A stretch of DNA of 32,000 nucleotides, taken from Wolbachia endosymbiont of Dirofilaria (Dirofilaria) immitis (GTDB lineage Bacteria; Pseudomonadota; Alphaproteobacteria; Rickettsiales; Anaplasmataceae). This document shows, piece after piece, positions 1-18,983 of this stretch (the first letter of the stretch is position 1; every line of letters begins with the position of its first letter). A program made the translations under genes and the position numbers. The notes beneath the pieces are model-generated. The model saw only the letters and a list, made by a program, of their open reading frames with translations. It searched no databases and was not told the origin of the DNA. The DNA lies in the NCBI RefSeq assembly GCF_013365455.1, contig NZ_CP046578.1, positions 690,001 to 722,000 on the forward strand, written 5' to 3'.

Positions 1-1
1 G

Positions 2-763
2 TTAAAAAAAACTAACCCGTGCCTCGCTTTTATAGCTCTACATGGGCCTTACGGTGAAGACGGCTGCATTCAAGGCCTACTAGAAATCTTAGGTATAAAA
101 TATACACACTCTGGAGTTATGGCTTCTGCTGTTGCTATGAATAAAGGAATGTCTAAACACATATTTCGTTACCTCGGCATTGATACCCCAAAATGGTACA
201 TTATTAGTCAAGAAGATATACTAAAAAACAATATTAAAATTGATTATCCGTATGTTCTCAAACCAATCAACGAAGGCTCAAGCATAGGCGTACACATAAT
301 TTCTTCATATAAGGATTACCTAAATCTAAAAAATAATAATTCTATTATCATGAAAAGGATGATTGTAGAAGAATATGTTCCAGGTATAGAATTACAAACC
401 GCTGTGTTACTAGATGAAGCAATCGGTACTATGGAAATACAATCAAAAAATAAATTCTATGATTATGAAGCAAAATATACAAATGGGCTTTCAGAATACA
501 TATTTCCTGCTAAAGTCCCAGATTATATATATAAAATGACTCTAGAACATGCATTAAAAATTCATCAATTTTTAGAATGTAGAACCATCTCCCGCTCAGA
601 TTTTCGCTACAATCCTAAAAATAAAGCTTTAAAAATGCTCGAGATTAATACACATCCTGGCCTTACTGAGTTATCATTAGTGCCAAAAATCGCAAAACTG
701 ACAAAAGGAATCAGTTTTAATAAGTTAGTTCAAATTATCGTTGAAGCAACACAAAAATGTTAG
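2..763 (+). CDS. ddl: D-alanine--D-alanine ligase, C-terminal part (5' end outside window)
   Basis: The frame is open from base 2, upstream of the listed ATG at 119 (LKKTNPCLAFIALHGPYGEDGCIQGLLEILGIKYTHSGVMASAVAMNKG). ATP-grasp Ddl motifs HGPYGEDG, GIKYTHSGVMASAVAMNK and EINTHPGLTELSLVPKIA are present. Confidence 0.95.
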   Translation, partial: LKKTNPCLAFIALHGPYGEDGCIQGLLEILGIKYTHSGVMASAVAMNKGMSKHIFRYLGIDTPKWYIISQEDILKNNIKIDYPYVLKPINEGSSIGVHIISSYKDYLNLKNNNSIIMKRMIVEEYVPGIELQTAVLLDEAIGTMEIQSKNKFYDYEAKYTNGLSEYIFPAKVPDYIYKMTLEHALKIHQFLECRTISRSDFRYNPKNKALKMLEINTHPGLTELSLVPKIAKLTKGISFNKLVQIIVEATQKC

Positions 764-774
764 AGGTCAAGTAA

Positions 775-1494
775 ATGCTGAACAATGTTACTAGAAGCCA
801 AAAGAGTTTTTTACACAAGTGTGTTTTATTTATTACAATAGCACTCTTTCTGACATTAGTACTTTATAGATTACTTGATAAAATCACAAGTCAACTCAAT
901 TATTATCTTATTTGGTATAATAATCGCTTATCCAGTCTATTACTAAGTAATGGATTTTCAATTGATAAAGTAGTCATCACTGGTAACAAATTTACAAATG
1001 AGGAGGACATTTTAAACTTGATAAACAAAACACAACCAATTATGTATGTGTCACTATCAAAGCTCGCTGATAACATACAGTCTATAAGCAAATGGATAAA
1101 ATACGTAAGAATTTATAGAATTTTGCCAAATACCTTATACATTAACGTAGATGAACATAAACCTTTTGCTCTCTGGAACAATGATAATAAGACTTCAGTA
1201 ATCAATTCTGAAAATAAAGTGATTACAGATAACTACCTGATAGATAACCTCAATATAATCACAGAACAAAATTCGTTATCAAATCTAAAATTCACTAAAG
1301 ATGTATTAGAAAGAAAAACTCAATTAAGCAGCTATGTCTTTTCTTGTGTTCATGCAGAAAATAGAAAGTGTAACATGATACTTAACAACAGTTCCACAGT
1401 AAAACTACCTGAAGATAACCTTTATAGCACATGGGATTATTCAAACCATTTACAAAGCACAACTAGCTTCACCTTTTTAGGAATTCGAGCATGA
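775..1494 (+). CDS. ftsQ: Cell division protein FtsQ, probably with a frameshifted C-terminus
   Basis: Directly follows ddl. N-terminal TM segment, POTRA-like region (SIDKVVITGNKFTNEEDILNLIN...VRIYRILPNTLYINVDEHKPFALW) and FtsQ-like C-terminal segment (ILNNSSTVKLPEDN). The normal end appears to continue in another frame (see findings). Confidence 0.8.
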   Translation: MLNNVTRSQKSFLHKCVLFITIALFLTLVLYRLLDKITSQLNYYLIWYNNRLSSLLLSNGFSIDKVVITGNKFTNEEDILNLINKTQPIMYVSLSKLADNIQSISKWIKYVRIYRILPNTLYINVDEHKPFALWNNDNKTSVINSENKVITDNYLIDNLNIITEQNSLSNLKFTKDVLERKTQLSSYVFSCVHAENRKCNMILNNSSTVKLPEDNLYSTWDYSNHLQSTTSFTFLGIRA

Positions 1495-1802
1495 CTGATA
1501 TGTGCACTACAGATAAAATCTTTGTGAGCAGGTAACCTGCTATCACTCAAATATTCTAATACTACTCTTTTACGAACAGTGTTGCTCAAGCACACATACT
1601 GTGATCTGAGCTTTTATGTTACTTTAATAATGATGATTCTAAGATCCAAAAAAGAAATATAGGTTCCAGCCTCATATGCTGAATAACAAAATTTTTTGTA
1701 AAAATAGATGTTCATTCATGATTGAAATTAACTATGAATACTCAAAAAAAATTTGCTAGCAAAAGCAAAAAAAATCCACTATAGTAGATAGTTAATCACC
1801 TT

Positions 1803-1893
1803 TAACTCCGCAAATTAGCATATTATACTACCTTGAACAATTTATAAGCGCACTTTAGCTTAAAAAGCTAGAAGCTCTAGGTAAAATCAATAA
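1803..1893. repeat. Intergenic diverged repeat, copy A
   Basis: TAACTCCGCAAATTAGCATATTATACTACCTTGAACAATTTATAAGCGCACTTTAGCTTAAAAAGCTAGAAGC-TCTAGGTAAAATCAATAAAG aligns by eye with copy B at 24648-24743. Confidence 0.6.
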
Positions 1894-2734
1894 AGATATG
1901 AAACGAATATAGTGCAAGAAAACAAGCACAAGACACCATTACATAATATTTGCATTATCAATTTGTCAAATTGACAATAATCAAACACCCCCTATCATTA
2001 CAACAAATAAGAAGACTGATAAAGTTTATAAAACAATTTCTATTAATCCAACGTACTAGAAAAAATTATACAACAGGTCTCCATTAAAGCAAAAGCATGA
2101 GTCTCTCGACTCCAGAAATCCATATTTAACTGCAAGAATAGACATTTACTAAAAAAATACACTGCGACTTTCAGCTCCGATTGAAACTCTTGATATAAAT
2201 AGCCATTTTGTAGATTATTATTATATACATCATATAACATTTGCAGGAAAGGTAGTAGTTTACCTACAAGCACCAATCTCCTACTTTTTTTGATACCTCT
2301 CCCTTGCCTGATTTTATAAAAGTAACTGTAAGTTACCCTTAATACTCATCACAGCACACTTCGATATAGATCTAGCTTAAACCCAAGTTATGCAAGGAGT
2401 AAAAGCTCTAGGCTGAGGTAATAACCTGCCAAGATTTACTACTGTGCTTGACTATATTGATAAAACATCAAAGATATTTGAAACGGCCAATTATATTAAT
2501 CGTATAGTCAATAATAAAACTAATACACAAAAAATTATGTTTCCAAGCTTAGAAAATATTACCAAGAAGTGCTTGATCATAAGACTAAGAGATTACTATT
2601 GTCTTCTTATACTTCTATTAAATAAATCTCATCTAGGTTTTAAAAGACTTTACAAAATTTGAGCTTTGTATGTATTGGATAGTAATTATAAAAGTGAAGC
2701 TAAAATTATTAGAATAATAATGTTTATTTTTATA

Positions 2735-2762
2735 TTGACTATTGAAGTTTATTATTTTATAA
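2735..2762 (+). promoter_or_regulatory. Candidate sigma-70 promoter for the str operon
   Basis: TTGACT (2735-2740), 16-nt spacer, TATAAC (2757-2762), 42 nt upstream of the rpsL ATG. Confidence 0.5.
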
Positions 2763-2803
2763 CTAAAACTTAAGTTGTTTTAATGATCCTGAGTTTTTAA
2801 TGT

Positions 2804-3178
2804 ATGCCTACGATAAATCAGTTGGTACGCAAGGGTAGGTTAAAGTTACTCTGCAAGAAGAAGGTGCCTGCTTTAGGGAAAAGTAACCCTCAGAGAAAAG
2901 GTGTCTGCACTAAAGTATACACTACAACTCCTAGGAAACCCAACTCAGCACTACGTAAAGTGGCAAGAGTAAGGATTAGTGGATATGGTGAAGTAACGGC
3001 TTATATACCTGGTGAAGGCCATAACTTACAGGAGCATTCCGTCGTTTTGATACGAGGTGGGCGAGTTAAGGATTTACCAGGTGTACGCTATCACATAATA
3101 AGAGGTACTCTTGATCTACATGGTGTACAAAATCGAAAAAAGGCTCGTTCAAAATATGGTGTAAAAAAATCTGGTTAA
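2804..3178 (+). CDS. rpsL: 30S ribosomal protein S12
   Basis: [12 protein letters not shown]...[25 protein letters not shown]...[28 protein letters not shown]. Confidence 0.99.
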   Translation: MPTINQLVRKGRLKLLCKKKVPALGKSNPQRKGVCTKVYTTTPRKPNSALRKVARVRISGYGEVTAYIPGEGHNLQEHSVVLIRGGRVKDLPGVRYHIIRGTLDLHGVQNRKKARSKYGVKKSG

Positions 3179-3182
3179 GTTT

Positions 3183-3662
3183 ATGGCCCGTCGAAACAAA
3201 GCAAAAAAGAGGGAGATAATTCCTGATTCACGTTATGGTAGTGTTTTATTAATGCGCTTTATTAATGTCATCATGAAATGTGGCAAAAAGTCCACTGCAG
3301 AAAAGATTGTCTATAATGCTCTATCTCTAGCCGAAAAGAAAATAAAGGAAAGTGGAATATCAATTTTCGAAACGGCGGTGGAAAATGTTACTCCTTCTAT
3401 AGAAGTTCGTCCTCGTCGCATTGGCGGTGCAACTTATCAAGTACCTGTCGAGGTTAGAAAGGATAGAGCAGTTTCTTTAGCATTAAGATGGATTGCTGAA
3501 GCAGCCACTTCAGCTCGAAAAAAAAGTGGGAAAACTTCTGCTGATTGTCTACAAGCTGAAATGATAGATGCTTACAATAAACGCGGTGGCGCATTTAAGA
3601 TGTATGAAGAAAAATATAAAATGGCTGAGGCCAATAAAGCTTTTTCCCATCTTAGTTTTTAA
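3183..3662 (+). CDS. rpsG: 30S ribosomal protein S7
   Basis: [20 protein letters not shown]...[17 protein letters not shown]...[19 protein letters not shown]. Confidence 0.99.
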   Translation: MARRNKAKKREIIPDSRYGSVLLMRFINVIMKCGKKSTAEKIVYNALSLAEKKIKESGISIFETAVENVTPSIEVRPRRIGGATYQVPVEVRKDRAVSLALRWIAEAATSARKKSGKTSADCLQAEMIDAYNKRGGAFKMYEEKYKMAEANKAFSHLSF

Positions 3663-3679
3663 TGTTAATTAATAGTAAT

Positions 3680-5746
3680 ATGGAAATTAGTATATCTGAA
3701 TATAGAAATATAGGTATAATGGCTCATATAGATGCTGGCAAAACTACTACAACAGAGCGTATTCTATTTTATACTGGTAAACAAAACAGAATTGGCGAAG
3801 TGCATGATGGTGCAGCTTCTATGGATTGGATGGAGCAAGAAAAAGAGCGTGGTATTACAATCACATCTGCTGCTACAACTTGTTTTTGGAACGGTCATAA
3901 AATTAATATAATAGATACTCCTGGACACGTTGACTTTACTGTTGAAGTTGAAAGATCCTTAAGGATTTTAGATGGTGCAGTTGCTGTATTTGATGGAGTT
4001 GCAGGAGTAGAACCTCAATCTGAAACTGTCTGGCGTCAAGCTGATAAATATAATGTCCCTCGTATCTGTTTCATCAATAAAATGGATAGAATAGGAGCAA
4101 ATTTTCATCGATGTGTTGATATGGTTAAAAGTAAGCTAGGAGCAGTACCTTTAGTTATTCAGCTACCAATAGGGAATGAAAAAGATTTTAAGGGTGTAGT
4201 AGATCTTATCTCTATGAAAGCTATTACATGGGAAGAAGAAACATTAGGTGCTAAATTTTTCCATGAAGATATTCCGTCTAATTTACTTGATAAGGCTCAA
4301 GAGTATCGAAGTCTTTTATTAGATACCGTAGCTGGGATGGATGACGAAGCAATGAACATTTACTTTGAATTTAACGACTTACCAGTAAGTTTACTAAAGA
4401 AGTGTGTGAGAAGCGGTACCATTAAAGGAATATTTGTCCCAGTATTATGCGGATCAGCTTTTAAAAATAAAGGGGTGCAACTACTCTTAAATAGCATAGT
4501 TGATTTTTTACCTTCTCCTATTGACGTTGATGAAATTATTGGAAATAATCCTAAAGATCTAGGAAAAAAAATTGTAATCAAGCCTTCAGAACAAGAAAAA
4601 TTTGTTGCTCTTGCATTCAAAGTGATGACAGACAAATTTGTAGGCAGCTTAACATTTATTCGTATTTATTCTGGTAAGTTAAAGTCTAAGTCTACTATAT
4701 TGAATGCAGGGAAAAATGAGACTGAATGGATTGGTAGAATGCTACTCATGCACGCAAATAACAGGGAAGATATAAGTGAAGCTAAGGTTGGAGATATAGT
4801 TGCTTTGGTTGGGTTAAAAAAAACAATCACTGGTGACACTCTATGTTCACATGATTTTCCTATATTATTAGAGCGTATGGAGTTTCCTGAACCTGTTATC
4901 GAGATTGCTGTAGAACCTAAAACTACTTCAGATCAAGAAAAATTAGGTATTGCTTTGAGTAGATTAGTAGCAGAAGATCCTTCTTTAAGAATGTCAATAA
5001 ATGCAGAAAGCGGTCAGACTATATTAAAAGGCATGGGTGAGTTGCATCTTGAAATTGTCACAGACAGGGTAAAACGTGAATTTAACGTTGATGTTAATAT
5101 TAGTGCGCCCCAAGTTGCATACCGTGAGACTATCACTAAATCTGTTGAGGTTGATTACACTCACAAAAAACAATCTGGTGGTGCTGGTCAGTTTGCAAGA
5201 GTAAAGATCTTATTTGAGCCTCTTCAAGCTGGCTCTGGATTTCAATTTGAAAGTAAAATTGTAGGTGGCGCAATTCCAAAAGAATATATTCCTAGTGTGC
5301 AAAACGGTTTGGAATTAATAAAAGAGGAAGGTATAATTTCTGGTTTCCCAGTCATTGACTTTAAAGCTACTCTTATTGATGGTGCTTTTCATGAAGTCGA
5401 TTCAAGCCCTTTGGCTTTTGAGCTGGCTGCTAAAGGCGCCTTTAAAGACATGGCAAGTAAAGCTAGTCCAAAGATGTTGGAGCCTATAATGAGAGTTGAA
5501 ATTATTACACCTGAAGAGTATATGGGTGATATTATGGGTAATGTAAATAGCAGAAGAGGGCAAGTTTCAAGTATGGAAACACATAACAACAGTACTATAA
5601 TCCTTGCTTTAGTGCCTCTTGCAAGTATGTTTGGCTATATAAATGTTTTACGTTCTATATCTCAAGGAAGAGCTCAATATAGTATGCATTTTTCCTGTTA
5701 TGAGCAAGTGCCACAACGTGTAGCTGACGAGTTAAAGTATAACTAG
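3680..5746 (+). CDS. fusA: Elongation factor G (likely start at ATG 3680 rather than ORF-track 3662)
   Basis: [58 protein letters not shown]; full-length EF-G domain order. Confidence 0.97.
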   Translation: MEISISEYRNIGIMAHIDAGKTTTTERILFYTGKQNRIGEVHDGAASMDWMEQEKERGITITSAATTCFWNGHKINIIDTPGHVDFTVEVERSLRILDGAVAVFDGVAGVEPQSETVWRQADKYNVPRICFINKMDRIGANFHRCVDMVKSKLGAVPLVIQLPIGNEKDFKGVVDLISMKAITWEEETLGAKFFHEDIPSNLLDKAQEYRSLLLDTVAGMDDEAMNIYFEFNDLPVSLLKKCVRSGTIKGIFVPVLCGSAFKNKGVQLLLNSIVDFLPSPIDVDEIIGNNPKDLGKKIVIKPSEQEKFVALAFKVMTDKFVGSLTFIRIYSGKLKSKSTILNAGKNETEWIGRMLLMHANNREDISEAKVGDIVALVGLKKTITGDTLCSHDFPILLERMEFPEPVIEIAVEPKTTSDQEKLGIALSRLVAEDPSLRMSINAESGQTILKGMGELHLEIVTDRVKREFNVDVNISAPQVAYRETITKSVEVDYTHKKQSGGAGQFARVKILFEPLQAGSGFQFESKIVGGAIPKEYIPSVQNGLELIKEEGIISGFPVIDFKATLIDGAFHEVDSSPLAFELAAKGAFKDMASKASPKMLEPIMRVEIITPEEYMGDIMGNVNSRRGQVSSMETHNNSTIILALVPLASMFGYINVLRSISQGRAQYSMHFSCYEQVPQRVADELKYN

Positions 5747-5757
5747 GAGTAATAATT

Positions 5758-6930
5758 ATGGCACAAATAGTAGAGGCATTTGGTAAACCGCATGTAAATG
5801 TAGGAACAATAGGACATGTAGATCATGGGAAGACAACGTTGACAGCAGCAATAACGAAGTACTATGGACATTTCGTAGCATATGACCAAATAGATAAAGC
5901 ACCCGAAGAGAGAAAAAGGGGAATAACAATAGCAACAGCACATGTCGAGTATGAAACAGATAAGAGACACTATGCACATGTTGACTGTCCCGGGCATGCT
6001 GATTACGTAAAAAATATGATAGTAGGTGCAGCACAAATGGATGCAGCAATATTGGTAGTGTCCGGAGTCGATGGGCCAATGCCGCAAACAAGAGAGCATA
6101 TATTACTAGCAAAGCAAGTTGGTGTTAAGTATATTGTTGTGTATATAAATAAAGCTGATGTAGCTGATCATGATATGATTGGTTTAGTGGAGATGGAGGT
6201 CAGGGAATTGTTGAGCAAGTATGAATTTCCTGGTGATGATGTTCCTGTAGTGATTGGGTCTGCATTAAAAGCGCTAGAAGATGAAGACAGTGAATATGGA
6301 AAGAAGTCAATAGAAAGATTGATGGAAAAATTAGATGAATATGTAGCAGTTCCACCAAGGCCTGTGGATTTACCATTTTTGATGCCAATTGAAGATGTAT
6401 TTTCAATACCGGGACGTGGGACAGTAGTAACAGGAAGAATAGAAAGAGGAGAAATAAAAACAGGTGAAGAGATAGAGATAGTAGGTTTGAAAGCAACGCG
6501 GAAGACAATATGTACAGGAGTAGAAATGTTTAAAAAGTGCTTAGATAAGGGGTGTGCTGGGTTGAATGTAGGAGTATTGCTAAGGGGAACAAAAAGAGAA
6601 GAAGTAGAAAGGGGTCAAGTATTGGCAAAGCCAAATTCAATAACACCGCATAAGAAGTTTAAAGCAGAGGTATATGTATTGAAGAAAGAAGAGGGAGGAA
6701 GACATACACCATTTTTTGAAAATTATCAGCCGCAGTTTTATATAAGAACTACGGATGTGACAGGAAGTATAAAATTGTTAGAGGGAAAAGAGATGGTAAT
6801 GCCAGGAGATAATATAAGTATAGAAATAGAATTACAGGTACCGATAGCAATGGATAAGGGATTGCATTTTGCAATAAGAGAAGGCGGTAGAACTGTTGGT
6901 TCTGGTGTTGTTTCCGAAATTTTGGAGTAG
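5758..6930 (+). CDS. tuf: Elongation factor Tu
   Basis: [33 protein letters not shown]-terminal [13 protein letters not shown]. Confidence 0.99.
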   Translation: MAQIVEAFGKPHVNVGTIGHVDHGKTTLTAAITKYYGHFVAYDQIDKAPEERKRGITIATAHVEYETDKRHYAHVDCPGHADYVKNMIVGAAQMDAAILVVSGVDGPMPQTREHILLAKQVGVKYIVVYINKADVADHDMIGLVEMEVRELLSKYEFPGDDVPVVIGSALKALEDEDSEYGKKSIERLMEKLDEYVAVPPRPVDLPFLMPIEDVFSIPGRGTVVTGRIERGEIKTGEEIEIVGLKATRKTICTGVEMFKKCLDKGCAGLNVGVLLRGTKREEVERGQVLAKPNSITPHKKFKAEVYVLKKEEGGRHTPFFENYQPQFYIRTTDVTGSIKLLEGKEMVMPGDNISIEIELQVPIAMDKGLHFAIREGGRTVGSGVVSEILE

Positions 6931-6944
6931 AAAGTTTCAGCTAT

Positions 6945-7017
6945 AGGAGCGTAGCTCAATCGGTAGAGCACTGGTCTCCAAAACCAGAAGTTGTAGGTTC
7001 AATTCCTATCGCTCCTG
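6945..7017 (+). tRNA. tRNA-Trp (anticodon CCA at 6978-6980); CCA tail not encoded
   Basis: Acceptor AGGAGCG/CGCTCCT, D-arm GCTC...GAGC, anticodon stem-loop CTGGT-CTCCAAA-ACCAG, T-arm GTAGG-TTCAATT-CCTAT; located between tuf and secE. Confidence 0.97.
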
Positions 7018-7036
7018 CATTAATATTGTATTAGAG

Positions 7037-7237
7037 ATGTTAAAAAATTTGAGTAGTTTTTTTTATGATATAAAACAAGAAATAAGAAAAGTTGTCTGGG
7101 CAAAAAAGCAAGAGGTATTGTCGTCTTTATTTGTTGTAGCAGGCATTATATTATGCTTCTCAATTTTCTTTTGTTTAGTAGATTTTATATCTCTTTATAC
7201 AATTAAAGCTTTATTTGGAATCGTTTATGGAATATAA
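7037..7237 (+). CDS. secE: Preprotein translocase subunit SecE
   Basis: Small single-TM protein, FFYDIKQEIRKVVWAKKQEVLSS, directly upstream of nusG. Confidence 0.93.
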   Translation: MLKNLSSFFYDIKQEIRKVVWAKKQEVLSSLFVVAGIILCFSIFFCLVDFISLYTIKALFGIVYGI

Positions 7238-8057
7238 ATGGTATATCATCAAAATTAATTATGGGCATGAAAAACATGTACGTGAATTGGCAAATAATGC
7301 TCCCTACTTCAAGGAGGTATTTATTCCTTATCAAATAATGTGCAGTTCAAAATCTGATACACAAGAGCCATGTAATATATATATATATATGCATCTATGT
7401 GACAGGAGCAAGGATATATTGAATCAAACATTAAAATGCTGTAGCGATGTAACTAGTGATCTTGAAACAGTCTCAGATGATGAAGTAAGTCTGAAGCGTA
7501 GAGAATTCAATAAGTATAAATGGTATATCTTGAGAGTCGTTTCTAACTACGAGGAGAAAGTATGTCAACACATATTAGAAAATTCTATGAGATTAGGGGT
7601 CAGTAATTACTTTAAGGAAGTTTTTATTCCATATGAAGAACCAAATGAAGCAGAGTTAAGATCTAAAAAAACTGCCATGCGAAGAAAGTGCTTTCCAGGT
7701 TATGTCTTTTTATATGTAAATCTGTGCGACGAAGTGCTAAATTTTATTAATAATATACCAAAATCTCTTAAAGTTTATGGATTCTTAAAAAATGGTAACC
7801 TTCCTAAGGTAATCTCTAATGATGAGATTTACTTAATGTGTAATGCACTCTATAATGCTCAAGAAAAGAGAAAATTAAGTCACGGCTATGAAAAAGGAGA
7901 AAAAGTAAAGATTAATGATGGTCTTTTTCAAAATTTCACTGGCAAAGTAGACATGATTAATGATGAGAAAAAAATTATTAACGTAGAAGTGTCAATTCTA
8001 GGTAAACCAACAATAATAGAGTTAGATTTAGTTCAAGTAGAGAAAGTAGAAAATTAG
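7227..8057 (+). CDS. nusG: Transcription termination/antitermination factor NusG with duplicated partial N-terminal (NGN) domain
   Basis: Canonical NGN+KOW part: YKWYILRVVSNYEEKVCQHILENS...YFKEVFIPYEE...RRKCFPGYVFLYVNL...YEKGEKVKINDGLFQNFTGKV. It is preceded by a second NGN-like segment YKWYIIKINYGHEKHVRELANN...YFKEVFIPYQ. ATG at 7227 overlaps secE by 11 nt. Confidence 0.92.
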   Translation: MEYKWYIIKINYGHEKHVRELANNAPYFKEVFIPYQIMCSSKSDTQEPCNIYIYMHLCDRSKDILNQTLKCCSDVTSDLETVSDDEVSLKRREFNKYKWYILRVVSNYEEKVCQHILENSMRLGVSNYFKEVFIPYEEPNEAELRSKKTAMRRKCFPGYVFLYVNLCDEVLNFINNIPKSLKVYGFLKNGNLPKVISNDEIYLMCNALYNAQEKRKLSHGYEKGEKVKINDGLFQNFTGKVDMINDEKKIINVEVSILGKPTIIELDLVQVEKVEN

Positions 8058-8059
8058 CT

Positions 8060-8500
8060 ATGAGTGGTATAATTGCCAAGATTAACTTATTAATAGAAGC
8101 AGGGAAAGCAGTCCCTTCTCCAAAGATTGCTTCAGTACTCGGCCCACGTGGTATATCAGTCCCTAAGTTTTGCGAGGCTTTCAATAAAGTGACCAGCACA
8201 GCTAATGCCAATTACAAAGTAGGTGATTTAGTAACAGTTCGAATTTCCATAAAGGATGACCGTTCCCACAATTTTATTATCAGTGGCCCACCTGTAGCTT
8301 ACTTACTTAAGCAAGAAGCCAAATTAAATAAAGGCTCTCGTGAGCCAGGTAAAGAACTGGTGGTCAAGTTGGCTATGTCTGCTATAATTAAGATAGCAAG
8401 ACATAAAATGGTTGATATGAAAGTGGATAATGAAAATTCAGCAGTAAAAATGATTATAGGCACTGCTAAGTCTATGGGCATAGAAGTTATAAAAGGTTAA
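8060..8500 (+). CDS. rplK: 50S ribosomal protein L11
   Basis: [16 protein letters not shown]...[19 protein letters not shown]...[17 protein letters not shown]; operon position. Confidence 0.95.
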   Translation: MSGIIAKINLLIEAGKAVPSPKIASVLGPRGISVPKFCEAFNKVTSTANANYKVGDLVTVRISIKDDRSHNFIISGPPVAYLLKQEAKLNKGSREPGKELVVKLAMSAIIKIARHKMVDMKVDNENSAVKMIIGTAKSMGIEVIKG

Positions 8501-8504
8501 AAAT

Positions 8505-9164
8505 ATGGGTACACATTATGATAATCTTAAGCAATGTTTAGAAAAGATTATCAAGTCCGCTCCAGCAAAGTTTAACGAATCAATTGATATTGCAGTCAAT
8601 TTAGGTATAAACTCACGTAAATCTGAAGAGCAAGTACGTGGTATAGTAGTTTTACCTAAAGGTGTTGGAAAAGATATCAAAGTAGCTGTTTTTATTCAAA
8701 GTAATCATTTATTAGAAGTTGAAAAAGTCAGTGCTGATATTATAGGAGGAGAGGATCTAGTTGAAGAGATAAAAAAAGGTAGAAAGCTAGATGTTGATTG
8801 GTGTATCACTACTCCTGACTTTATAACAAAAATTACTCCTATTGCAAAAATACTAAGTGCTAAAGGGCTGATGCCTAATCCTAAATTTGGCACAGTAACT
8901 CCTAATATTGCAGGGACTATTAAAACCATTAAATCTGGTCAAGTAAAGTTCAGAACGGATAAAAATGGTATCATTCATAGTAAATTAGGAAATATCAAGT
9001 TCAGCATTGATGATTTACTAGAAAATTTTAAAGCTTTTCTTAAAGCAATTAAAAACAATAAGCCTATTTCTGCAAAGGGGGTATACTTTAAAAACGTCTT
9101 TTTAAGTTCAACTATGGGAAAAGCTTATGAAATAAGCAAAGTGGAAGATATAATCAGGGAGTAA
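8505..9164 (+). CDS. rplA: 50S ribosomal protein L1
   Basis: [40 protein letters not shown]. Confidence 0.97.
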   Translation: MGTHYDNLKQCLEKIIKSAPAKFNESIDIAVNLGINSRKSEEQVRGIVVLPKGVGKDIKVAVFIQSNHLLEVEKVSADIIGGEDLVEEIKKGRKLDVDWCITTPDFITKITPIAKILSAKGLMPNPKFGTVTPNIAGTIKTIKSGQVKFRTDKNGIIHSKLGNIKFSIDDLLENFKAFLKAIKNNKPISAKGVYFKNVFLSSTMGKAYEISKVEDIIRE

Positions 9165-9168
9165 TAAA

Positions 9169-9702
9169 GTGAAGCGTAAAAGTAAGGATGAGTTTATACA
9201 AAACATAACAAACGTGTTTACAAACAATGATTTTTTAATACTGGTAAGTTTTAAATCTATAAATGCTAACGATTTATTAACTTTCAGGAACAAGCTAAAG
9301 TCTATGGCAGGCGGGATGTTAGTAGTCAAAAATACTCTAGCCCGTTTAGCTTTAGAAAGAGCTAGTAAGTTTTCTTATCTCTCAGATAGGTTTTTTGGTC
9401 CAGTTGCTATTATATACTCTAATGGTATAGTGAAAGCTACAAAACTGGTAGTTGATTTTACTAGTGCTAATAAAGAGAAGATGTCTGTGATTTGTGCAGC
9501 TCATTTAAATCAATTGCTTACAGTAAAGGATGTCAATAAATTGGCTAAATTGCCTTCTTTAGATAAGTTGCATATTAAAATTATGCGTTTAATATCTTAT
9601 AATATCCCTGCTCGATTAGCGTTATCTATCAACTCACCATTCATGAGGTTTATGAGAGTGTTGGATTATTATAATTCTAAAAATAAATTTATTAATAATT
9701 AA
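9169..9702 (+). CDS. rplJ: 50S ribosomal protein L10
   Basis: MKRKSKDEFIQNITNVFTNNDFLILVSFKSINANDLLTFRNKLKSMAGGMLVVKNTLARLALE; between rplA and rplL. Confidence 0.93.
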   Translation: MKRKSKDEFIQNITNVFTNNDFLILVSFKSINANDLLTFRNKLKSMAGGMLVVKNTLARLALERASKFSYLSDRFFGPVAIIYSNGIVKATKLVVDFTSANKEKMSVICAAHLNQLLTVKDVNKLAKLPSLDKLHIKIMRLISYNIPARLALSINSPFMRFMRVLDYYNSKNKFINN

Positions 9703-10113
<411 letters not shown>

Positions 10114-10169
10114 GATGTTTGTTTTAGTATATTAGCTATATATTGATGCAGCATTTTCAGTTAGTTTGA

Positions 10170-18701
<8,532 letters not shown>

Positions 18702-18983
18702 ATGAACAACCAGAGCAGTGTTTAATAAGCATATACCATCGCATATATATCATATATAGCAGTTTATTGAATGTCTAGTATAGTTTTAAAATGCTTATTG
18801 TTCAAATTCAGGCACACAATTCCTCTACCGTAAATACCAAATTTACAAACTATTGGTATTCTCACGCTTTTCATCTATAATCTAGAATCAACGTTTCAAG
18901 CAGCTGTTCTTAACTTAAAGTACATAACTATATGTCACAATATTAGCTTTCAAAAATGTATCAAAATGCTGAGAGTCATAAGT

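Noticed and set aside
2043-2662. ORFs 2043-2276 (-) and 2444-2662 (+) in the ftsQ-rpsL gap
   Set aside because: Short, AT-driven composition, no recognisable motifs, no convincing ribosome binding site.
5743-6508. Long antisense ORFs over tuf (118 aa, 118 aa, 102 aa)
   Set aside because: Their translations are low-complexity (Leu/Ser/His/Cys-rich runs) and mirror the A/G-ending codon usage of tuf. No recognisable protein features.
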